A DNA stretch of 64,000 nucleotides, taken from assembly GCA_964035545.1 (NCBI GenBank), contig OZ037767.1:23328628-23392627 (forward strand), in the 5' to 3' direction. Positions 14,701 to 26,700 of the stretch are shown here, piece after piece. The DNA is from Bugula neritina. Its lineage: Eukaryota > Animalia > Bryozoa. The notes under the pieces were generated by a model, which was not told where the DNA came from, searched no databases, and saw only the letters and a list, made by a program, of their open reading frames with translations. The position numbers and the translations under genes are program-made. How positions within the stretch are numbered: the first letter of the stretch is position 1; each line of letters starts with the position of its first letter.

Positions 14701-17700
14701 TATGAAACAAGTTAGATGCATAATTTATTTCACCGTTGATTAAATATTTACCCGAAACTCTAAAGGAATGAATAGATGACATGCTTTGATTTACCTAAAC
14801 TGTCAAACTTTACAAAGTTTATGAAGCTGTTTTAAGCAACTAATGTGTATGTTTCCTCATGGCATACAACTACAAATTTAAAATTAATGGAATGACGTTT
14901 ATTAAGAGTACATGGGCATACTTTGTTGTTCAAATAAAATGATATACAAAACATATTTAGAGGTAGATGCTGTATGGAAAGCCAGTGTTCTAGATTAGAA
15001 ATGTATCAAAAGAAGTTATGTTCTCATGATAATTTAAACCCAAATCCCAGACCAAAATTTATTGGGAAAATTAAAAAGACCAGGCTTTTAATTTTTTTCA
15101 CACTACTGCATCTGCCATTCAAGCAATATTTTTGAATGAAGTATTTTTAAACGATGAGAAAATAGAGTATCTTCTTTTACTTTTTTTGAGGATACAGTGA
15201 ATGCATGATAAATCATATTTGATTGATATACAGGTATTACCAATTTTTCATTTGTTAGTTATTTTGAAACAGCTGCCTTTTTAGATGCAGTGTTCTATCA
15301 TCACTGGCATAAGCAGCATACGCAGCCTTTCTGTCATAAAACATAAACCATCGGTGTTGTCATAACATAAATGTTTACTACCATTACCTCATGCTTTTGG
15401 AATGCCGTGAGGCATGACGTCGCGCACGATAATTTTAGTAGCTCTCTGGTCCAATGCAGGGTGTATTGTATAACACGTGATTGATTCATACTGAAACTAA
15501 GCTCCAATTAATTATTATTGCTCGTACATTAGCTACTGGAGGTTGATGTCATCGTGATTCCAAAACATCTAAATTAACATACTAAGATTACGCTTAAACC
15601 AGCCAATGAAATGCTGTAGTTTATAGTTGACTAATTCGAAGACATCAAATCATATCTCTCAAGAGGCTGTCAATAAACAATATAGTTGAAGAAACAAACA
15701 ATAGTTGGATTTTATATACTAGGTCAACTAGACCACTGAGACTAGTGTAACGTCTGTCAATACTGATACATCACTCAGTTTGTTAATATTGATTAGTGGA
15801 TTCACTCCTTGGACTGTCACTATTCCAACTGGTAAGTGTTACCCTTTACTATTTGTTAACACTTAACCTAACCCTATCATTATCATCATTATTATTACTA
15901 TAGCCATGTTTACTTTGAGTTGAACTTGACTAATAGTAAGTCTTACAAGTTTTATTTTCTGTTCCATCCCACTTCTATTAAAAAGAAATAAGTATTGAGA
16001 TAAGAAAATTAGGATAACAAGGTGAAGCCACATGTAAGTCAAAGTTGATAATCATAATGTAAGTAAGAGCTTTAAAAACTTTAAGTATATGTTGATACTT
16101 ATCAAATTTCAAAGCACTCTTAGTCTGATTTCTAAAAAATATTTTGAACACTCATACCACAGTCTGGCCCAGCTTTTTAGTTACGTTTTCACTATATTTC
16201 CCATAACTATTTATTGTGAGATCCTTCATAGTTGTAACATAGCAGCATTCACAGGTGCTGATGAATCTCCTGCAGTACCCTAAACTGGAGGTGTGTAGAG
16301 AATAAAACATAATGACGCCCCTAAGCTGTAGTAAACTTATACATTATACTTATTATTGTTAGAGAATAGAACATATGATCATTATTTTATCACAGAGGCT
16401 CATGAGAGCCCTAGTAAACTTATACATTATGCTGCTGGCATTTAAATTATATTGTAGCTGTGCTGTTGAACTATAACCTAGTACTCTTTTTTATTGCTAT
16501 ATTTACTTCTGCCACTTGTGTAAACACCTCACTAATAGTTATTAATCAGTTATGTAGAATGAGAGTCTGTAAATTAATCCCCCTCCCAACTAGTCAGTAT
16601 AGAAAGTTAGCACAAGTTCATAAGCTAGGGAACTTCTCCTAGGACTTAGGCTATATAAACTCAATAGTGACTTGTGCAACCTTGTTATTTGTGAGGATTA
16701 CTATTTGTAGGGAGTATTCTTTACCATGAGTGGAAATGAGACGACATCAAATATGATGGCGATGGCGTGGGGTGCCGTTTCTGTTCACATCTTAGCTGCG
16801 TTGATCATCTTATTCATGGGTGTAGCGGCTATTGGCAATTTCCTAGTGATGATTTCAATATTAGCAACTAGGAAACAGTGTGACAGGTAATATATTTACT
16901 TTACTAATGAGACTGACCAGTAGACTGATTATTTGGGGGTAGCTGTATAAGGTATATCTGTAGTAGTTATACATGTATCTGTAGTAGGTATACATGTAGT
17001 AGGGGTAGCTGTAGTAGGTATACATGTATCTGTAGTAAGTATAGCTGTAGTAGGTATACATGTATCTGTAGTAAGTGTAGCTGTAGTAGGTATACATGTA
17101 TTTCTAGTAAGGGAAGCTGTAGTAGGGGTAGCTGTAGTAGGGGTAGCTGTAGTAAGAAAGTACTTCCAGTTAACAGTGTAAAATTCTCTAAGTACATACC
17201 AGCAAAAATTCAAGTCACAAGACCAGGTTCAAACATTCATTAAGCCATTAGAAAATAGACTCCGCATTGCAAAAGCTTTTGCTGCGTGGCTGCTATGTTT
17301 CTGTTGCTCTACAATTTCTGGTGTTAGGAAGTATAGATCTTGTTAGGTCACTTACAAACATTAAGAAATTAGTGGGTCAAGAAGAAAATTGTCTCCATTT
17401 AAAGTAGCCGTTTAGAACTTTTAAATTGATGTTATTGTGTATATAGAGTCACTGGTTTGCCACCAAAATTGTTGACTAGCTGACTTCTATCTCAGAGTAA
17501 AATCAATATCAACATTATAATTAAAATAATTATAAGTTCTCTCACTATTTGCCCATTATTGTACATGTACACTGACTGTCACCAACATTATGTATTAGTG
17601 CCACAAGATGATTGCACCTATTGCAACATTCAAGTGTGGTAAGATATTGCTATGTAGTGTATTCTGTTGTCTGTTGCAGGGGGTATATTTTTCTCTTCAA

Positions 17701-20700
17701 CTTATCACTGGTGGATTTCCTCACAGCAGTGTGTGTTATGCCTATTGCATTCACCACACTGATTAATGGAGACTTTATATTCTCTCCTCCCGTCTGTGAG
17801 TTCAACGGATACACCACTCAGCTCTTCTTCATTGCCAGTATTCACACTCTCATGTATATGGCAGTATACAGGTACACCTTTACTCCAGATCTTGGCTCAT
17901 TCTAATTTATTTTTAAAACCTGGTGACTAACTGTGTTAGAATCATTGTAGTGGGTTACAATCATAGTAGAATGTACTCCATATATGCAGTGTAGAGTTGT
18001 TGAAAATTTGGTGCCAACAAATAGGTATTTGTACAACTCAATGTTGTATATATTCAATAAATTCTATTATGATTATAACCTGCTGCAATGATAATAACAA
18101 TACATCTAAACAGAGTTGAGATAATTTGTTAGATTAGTTTATTATTTGAATAACTGTATTTGAGTCTCAATAAGTTTGCCTTTTAAATTCTTTTTAAAAT
18201 TTCCAAAGACTTTGTTTAAAGGATGAAAGTCTAATGGGCTTAAAACTCGATGCTTTTCATAGTTCATGAATATACTATTGTTAAGTTACAATGTTGAATT
18301 AGTATAACACACAGCACCTGCACTACTTGCAACCTGTTTCATTAAGTTTAAATTCCTTTATTTCAGCAAAATCTACTTATCATAATTTGTAACATAATAT
18401 GTAATTTCAAATTGTTTGTTTTGAAAAAAGCTAACCTCTCCACCACTCAATATTATTGCAAACCTACCAGTATGATTACTTAAATAGTAATTCTCAACAA
18501 ATAAAATAGATTTATGCAGCATTAATAGCACTTGTATGTAACCTCCCGGACTGCTAGTTATCCTGGTCTGTCTCTTTCACAGATACATGTCCATATCTAA
18601 CCCCTTCTCCCCTGTTCACCTGTGGAAGATATGCGCAATGATTGCTGCCAGTTGGCTTTCAGCTCTTAGCATTTCTGCTCTCTCTGCCGGAGTACTCAGT
18701 CACTTCCAGTACAAACCTTTTACCACCCAGGTAGGTAATGCTTGCTTCCTCTAATGTAATATACATTATAAACTCTCACTTCCACTATAGTTTTCATCAT
18801 CTTCTTTGGCACAAGTGCTCTGAAACATGGTAGTTGCAACACCAAAATTTTTGCTGCTGTGATATATTTATAACGTCAGGTGTGGTAACCAACATTGGTA
18901 CTAAATCTTGTAACTTGCACCGTTCTTTCTGTGTTGTCAGATTTTATATTGACTCTTATAAATGTATTTTATTTATTGTATAGATAGTATTTACAATCAT
19001 AGTTTTATACTTTTAGACATATCAAAATTATATAAATATATTTATTTTCTTAAACCTAATGTATATAATAGAAAGAGAATGTAAATTATTCAGCACCTGT
19101 TGTAGTGTGGGCCAAGCTATCCCATTGATGTCAGGGGATACATCAATGTAGCTATCATTGCTGGACTCTGCTTTATCCTTCCTCTAGTTGTGGTTCTGTG
19201 TTCATACATCGTGCTGTTTAGGAAGGCCAACAACCTGTTCAAACGTCTAGGAGGTGGGTATTTTCCCACAGTGGACACTAATAAGTAGTTATTAAGGAGT
19301 TGCTCTGCTTATTAAAGTAGGGCTGCACAATAGTATCTCAATTTATTTAACTATAGCTTGCTCTGTAAAGTAGGTTATAATCAGGTGACTAACTTTAAGT
19401 TAGTACTTACCAATGAGACAGCAGTACTAATAACTTGACAGTACTAGTAACTTGGTAGTACTAGTAACTTGGTAGTACTAGTAACTTGGTGGTACTAGTA
19501 ACCTGGTAGTACTAGTAACTTGGTAGTACTAGTAACTTGGTAGTACTAGTAACCTGGTAGTACTAGTAACTTGGTAGTACTAGTAACTTGGTAGTACTAG
19601 TAACTTGGTAGTACTAGTAACTTGGTAGTACTAGTAACTTGGTAGTACTAGTAACTTGGTGGTACTAGTAACCTAGCAGTACTTGTGTCTTGGCCTCATT
19701 CTAATTGTCGGAGCAACTTTTGATATATTTTGTTAAAACCAAATATTAATCCCATGTACCACTCTTTATAAGCATTTGCTTAAAGTTCAGAAAACAAACA
19801 AATTAATATCACTTATAGATCTGCCTCTTGAGATTTAGGAGATGCAGTTTTGTGTTGATTAATATGGTTCGGTGGAGATGCTGAATTTAACTTACATAAA
19901 GGCAAATGCTATTTTCTATGCATAAACATGCAGAAGTGTACGCTTAGAGCCTTATTCTATTATAGAATGATTCAAGTACCAGTAAAACTGGAGTTGTTGG
20001 GTTGATATTATGTTAAAAACTACTCCAAGTCCGGGATATCCTGTACACAAGAGTGTAGTAACCTAGCTCAACCCAGAGTTAATCAGAGTCCTGAATTAGC
20101 AACAGGTTATTATATCTACTCTAATATTAGCTGTGTTTTCCAGATCCAGAGTACAGCAACTACAGCCATGAGGCACATGCTGAGCAACGTCACACCACCA
20201 ACACCTTCATCATTATTGTTGTTGGCTTCATAATTTGCTGGACACCAATATTTGTGTATCTGAACTATGCTTCCCTTGCTAGTGACAAGTCCACCATACC
20301 TACTTTACTCAATCCCATTGGTGAGTTACGACCTGGTATTTGTTCCTTTTGTCTCATTCAATAGTAATTCTACCCCTCTCTTTGTAAAAACCCAACTGAG
20401 CCTCAATTTTGTGTTACCTGATAACAGCTGAAGATCAAATATTAAACTGATGATACATGAAAATAACATTTACTGACTGAATAATATTGTGAACACATGT
20501 TAATAGAGCTTGAACAGGACTTTCATAACTGATTGCACCGTCACGCTCTCTGTTGCTTCAGCTTGTTTCCAGGAAGTTTTTAAAGTTACTTATTGCTGGA
20601 CTGTGTTCATAAATATTGCATAACAGATGATTGTGCACTGGACTATACAAGATATATTTGGCTAACTTTTACTACTGCTATCATTTATTTATTATTGTTT

Positions 20701-23700
20701 TGTAGTATACTGGTTTAGTTATTTCAACTCTGCCATCAACCCATTTATTTATGGCTTCCGTACTCCAATATTTAAAAGACTGAGGACTCTTATATGTGGC
20801 TGTGTGAATACGAAGCCTTCTTCATCTCACAACTGGTCTATACAGAACCTTGAACATGATGGAGCAAAAGCTAAATCCATTTCATCAGATGTTAGTGGTG
20901 TCATAGTCAACGTTGTATACCCAATAAAAACTGGCAATAATAATGGGCTAGAAGAGAGCAAGGACCAGCTGAACACGTAGCTTCTTCGCCACTGCGTACA
21001 TTTATATTAATTTATTTCTCTTCTCTGTACCTAGTTTGCCGTCCTCAAAAATTTAGACTGATTTAGAATTTAGTGATACCATTCAATTCGTTAATTTGTC
21101 AGCTTTATGAAGTTTTATGATATTAATTTTAATTTATATATGTTTTTAATTATGCTATTATATTTTTTTTTTCAGTTTTATGTTTTAGATTTAAATGATT
21201 TGGTAAGCCAGTGGTATTAACTAATACGTTCTGGTTTTACCCAAATTGTATTTATATTATTTTTGTATTGAAGACCATACACCTGTTCATTTTATCACAA
21301 TCTGTTCATATTGCTGTTAAGGTTTACATGCTAATCATTTGGTTAATGCAGGGCCTAATGCTTTGGTTAACTGCAGCTTTGTTGTGTAGCAAACCTCAAC
21401 CCCATACTTTTTGTTCAGTATTGAAATATAATAAACTGAATTAATAATTTATAACAATCGTATTCAGTAGCCTAATCTTATCTCCTCATATTTGTCTATC
21501 CCCCCAATTTCGCCTTTATTCAAAGTAACTCAACTTGGGTTAATACATTTGAGGTAGCTTTAACGTTGTTCCTTTAAGGTTTGTACATGTAAGGTTATAT
21601 GCTGATGAACACCTATCATTATTCTCTATTTAGTATCCTGTGAACACGGCTGCGTTCTACTCTGCTTAACCCAAGTCAATATAGTTGTTTCTGTGTTTTT
21701 ACAGGGGAACTTAAAAAGGAATCTCTGTACAGTGAGGAAGGAGGAATAAAACTCAAATATGAAACTGGTAGGATTTTGTGTTATATAAAAGTGAAATTTT
21801 AACTGGAAATATGTACAATTTGTATTAATTGTACCCGGCATTAAACACAAGTGCTGTTTAGAATTATTTTGTGTTGGTTTAAGCTGTTTTATGCCACCAG
21901 TTTCTGTGATTATGTGTAATTGAAACATTTGGACAAAGTTATGTACTCCATTAATCATTTTAATTAGTTTTAAAACTTGTGTATATAATTAATCACGCTT
22001 AACATTTTTCCTGATTCGTTATTTATGTATAGGTGCTAGCTAATGGCATTATGTGCACCATAATGAACTTTAGTGGAAAAATCAAAACCTAAAATTCAGG
22101 ACTAGTTGTTGTGGTACAATAATGAGTCGTTGGCCAAGTTGAGAACGTTTTTTAATAGAAATTCGTAAAAACTATTAATTTGAAGTTATTATACCTTTGG
22201 CTTCATTATCTATCCTACAGTCATTATGAGGGACAGCGGCTGTTGCATGAAGCCATAGTAGTATGGTTTCATGTCAGTTTTGGAATTACTTAATTCCTGT
22301 ACCGTATTTTTATATCCAACATAATTTGTATTTGTTTGGATTATTTCATCAACCTAAATAGTTGTGATTTTAATGGAATATTTTTATTTGTCATTCATAG
22401 TTTTGATTATTTTAATTATTAATATTCCTGATGATGTGCTAGTGCTGTCTGTGTTGCTTTAAACACATAAGTTGTATAGTATATCGTATATTGACTAGTT
22501 GTGTATTCATTGCATAACATATGCATGGTGTTATTTTATAGATGGCAATAGTAAAACATCTATAATAACATTTACTTGTAACGCTGAAAGTGACCAGACG
22601 GAGTTGCGATTCCTCAGCAACGATGGAGTTATTGTGAGATTCCAAGTGTCTACCCCTTATGTTTGTCCACCTGTAGAGAGTGCCAATTGCAGCAGGTAAA
22701 CTTACTGGTCACTAAGGATATATACCTGACGAATGTTGTTTCCTTGACACATACACTCTGATACACTGCCTTTCCATGGCGACGCATTGTGTGAATAGAT
22801 GCTCATATGTTTGAATTCGTGGTTGCGGCGATCATGAACTTATAGTTGTAGTTTCATTCGATGCAATTGTTTCCAAACATCGAATGAAAACCCATTCGCA
22901 TTACTTGAAGCTTGGAAATGCAGTGATAATGTATCGAATCAATACTACACTAACTTTGTCCACATGTGTTTACGCTTAAAGAAATATTTTATTTCTCAAT
23001 TCAGTTAATAAACATTAAGCTATAATTCCGGCTGTTATAGTATCATTGGTAAATTGAATATTCTAGAACATTTGGTGACGATACGTTTGATTTGTCTTCT
23101 CTCACCTTACACGGAGCAAACTATATCTCAAGATTACGGTCTACCCCAGGAGATATTTATTACTATACCAACATTTGTCACCGCCTTATAGCCACTACAG
23201 AGGCTGCAGGCTGCCCAGCCGGTTCGGCAGCGTGCATGTACAACTCTTCTTCCAAACAGTAAGTATAGGCAACTTGTCACCAATAAATGTCAGATCCTCT
23301 ACCAGTTACCACTGGCTGCTTTACTCATTGTGTATTCATATGACACGATGTCCTTTAGCTTTCTACATGGCATCAAGTTATCAGCTATAGATTTACTTTT
23401 AAATGCAAAAATTTTTGAATGGAAATGTAGAAAATAAATGTAGTTTTAATAGTACAATTGTATGTATTGTACTAGCGAGTTAGTAGAGGTTTTAAAATCT
23501 GCTCAACAAAATGTCTTCAATATAATATTGTAAAGATAACTTTTCAAAATAAGTTATCAATATATCATATGTCATTATGATAGGCTCCATAGAGTGAGTA
23601 TATATAGAATAGGCGTGATAGAGTGAGTACGTATACATAATGGAGTAGGCTAGTTATAAACTCTGCCTTCTCTCTTTTAGATACACTTCACTAGGGAAAC

Positions 23701-26700
23701 TAACATCTACCAAGCCTGATTTTATACACAAAATGGGCTCCTTTCTATATCTACAATATGACAATGGCGACAAGTGTCCAACTAACACCTCCGCACTTTT
23801 ACAAACTCTTATTTTGCTAAGATGCGTCGAGGGACCAGTAAGTAGAACATTCGATTGCATTTCTTGCCACTTGATGTATCCACTAGAGAAATAGGTTCTT
23901 CGCATTATTTATACTTTTCTTAGCAACTCTAAACTGTACAAGTTTTATAAATTATAGTATCCAGGTTTTGATTGCTTCTGGCAATAACAAGTATGCATGC
24001 CGCATGGCAATGACAAGTAAACATATTATGTAGATTACCTCAACTGTGTAGTTTATAACTACCTTGCCAGGCATTTATCAATTGAATTTAATTTATTGGA
24101 TTTTAATTTATGATTATAACTGTAGTTTTGAACTATGTTCATGTATACAGTTTGATGTAGTGTGCAACTACATATTTTCTGCACTGTGTTGTAATTGACT
24201 AATGCTGAAGGTTTATACACATGGTGTACGAGTATTTTGTTCTATGAAATCCTTAGAGAACGAGTAGAATAGAGGTAGGCACCGCCATTAAAGACTGTCG
24301 GCAAGACTTCATACTAGAGTCACCTGCAGCTTGCCCAGTCAAATCAGCAGGAGATGCTAAGTGTGGTGAAATTGGTACGTATGCACTTAAAATTCGAAAA
24401 GTTTGACTGTCTATACATTTCTATTTTTATACAGCAGAGAAATTTTTCTCAAACAAATATGTGGTGTACTGGAGCCTTTTTCACATCTCTTTTAAATTAT
24501 GAGTTTTAACCAGCACGTTTTTTTGCAAAAATCATCTTTTAACCAAACTCTGACACTACCAGTCTTGTAGGTATTTAGTTACTATCACAATGTCCCAAGT
24601 CAGAAATTTCTAAACCGTAATTACAGTGCTCCCTCTGTATCTCACTAAGTAGTGGGTCTCGAAACCTTCATCCATGATATAGTGGAATACCAGATTTAAC
24701 TCACGGATTCGTTAAATTTAGCCATTTTGTCTCTATGCACCCTTACATAAGCCATAAAAAGGATCCAAGCCCTTCTCATGACTTTCGTGAGAAAAGGAAC
24801 TGTGAGATATGGAGGGAGCAATGTATTAGTACTATAGTGACCCAATCATTTGTAGCACAACTCCATGTTTATGTATAGACTGTAATATTTGTTCACAGCT
24901 GGGTTTGACACCAATGCATTGAAGAAGCAGTACCGAATCAGCTCCGAAGAACACGATTATATTCTGAATTTTTGTCAAAACTCTGGCTCTTTGGATTCGG
25001 ATGTTAAGAAATGTAATAACCAAGCCATGTTTGGTGTTTGCCAAATTTCTAAGAGTTCTGGTCATGAGGAAGTTATAGCTGGAGGCCCTCAGTTGATGTG
25101 AGTTTCTAGAATATACTCTGTCTACTCTGTATACTCTATCTACTCTGTGTACACTGTATACACTGTCTACTCTGTATACTCTGTCTACACTGTATACTCT
25201 GTCTACACTGTATACTCTGTCCACTCTGTATACACTATCTACTCTGTCTACTCTGTATACTCTGCATACTCTGTCTACACTGTATACACTATCTACTCTG
25301 TCTACACTGTATACACTGTCTACTCTGTCTACACTGTATACACTATCTACTCTGTCTACACTGTATACACTATCTACTCTGTATACTCTGTCTACACTGT
25401 ATACACTGTCTACACTATCTTCTCTGTATAAACTATCTACTCTGTCTACACTGTATACTCTGTCTATTTTGTCTACACTGTATACACTACCTACAGTCTA
25501 CATTGTATACACTATCTACTTTGTCTATTCTGTATACTTTATCTACTCTGTCTACACTATCTTCTCTGTATACTCTGTATACTCTAGATCTTTCAATTTA
25601 GTCACTATGTTAATTATGCTACAGTAGATATCAGATAAACTCATAGACAACCAGTAAAGCTATTAGTTTTTCTGTAGTGGATATACAGTAAAGGTTATAC
25701 AACTGTATAGGCATTGCTTCTTTGTGCTGAGCTGTAGGGATGTGAGATTCTTAGGGCAATATGGTAATAGCCATCTTAACATCTGCTGTCATTATAGAGC
25801 AATGAAGGAGACGTCACAGCTGATTTTCAACTTCACTGGCGGTGCAACGTGTGCACACGCCACTGGTAGCGTGAAGAGAAATGTGGTGCTGACTATGTTC
25901 TGTAATGAGTACGCTCAGTCTGATAGTCAGCCTCAGTTTGTCAGCGAGGATCCCAGAGACTGTACTTACTATATATCCTGGCCACGGCGAGATCTGTGCC
26001 CGCATCGTCCGGTACTATAATATACCAGCTCTACTTGTGTGTAGTGTATATACCTAGCAGTTGGATAATCTATTAGTTATACTTATATATATAGTGTATA
26101 TAATATTTATTTAGTAATGTATTAGTAATACCTGTTTGTGTAGTGAATATCATATTTAGTTGGTAATATAAATTAGTTAGACTTGTATATGTAGTGACTA
26201 GTGAATATAATATTTATTCAGTGATATTTTAGTTATGCATACATTTGCGTAACGAATATAATGTTTAGTTTGTAATACCTGTACATCTACGTATAATTTA
26301 TAGAATAAAGTGTTGGTTGCATATAATAATTCACTCTTTTCTTTTAGATGCCGTGCCGAGTAACGATGAATGGGGAGTTGTTTGACCTTTCATCTCTGAA
26401 CAGAGCGGATAAAGATTACTTCACATACGCTACAGTTAGCAGTAGTGTAGATAAGAAGTATCAAGGCAAATATTACCAACTATCTGTATGCAGTGCCGCA
26501 CCCTCTAAGAACTTCAAATGTGCAGGAGCTGCCGTGTGTGAGGTGACGGAGAAGGATTCTGAACACGTCATACACAAGGTAGGCATATCTTAGTAACAGT
26601 TTATGTGGTAGCAGCAGTATATGTAGCTGCAGCAGTAGATGGAAGAGTACGTTATGGATGGCTACTCTGTGTGTTGTAGAGCCTGGGATATCCCGATGAT

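Noticed and set aside
13938-16726. One giant MRH-ectodomain GPCR (host N-half fused to the full 7TM)
   Set aside because: The host donor is phase 1; joining to acceptors 15723 or 16711 hits TGA within 10 codons.
16726-20980. Nested GPCR as an opsin or classical biogenic-amine receptor
   Set aside because: No Lys at 7.43 and no Asp at 3.32.
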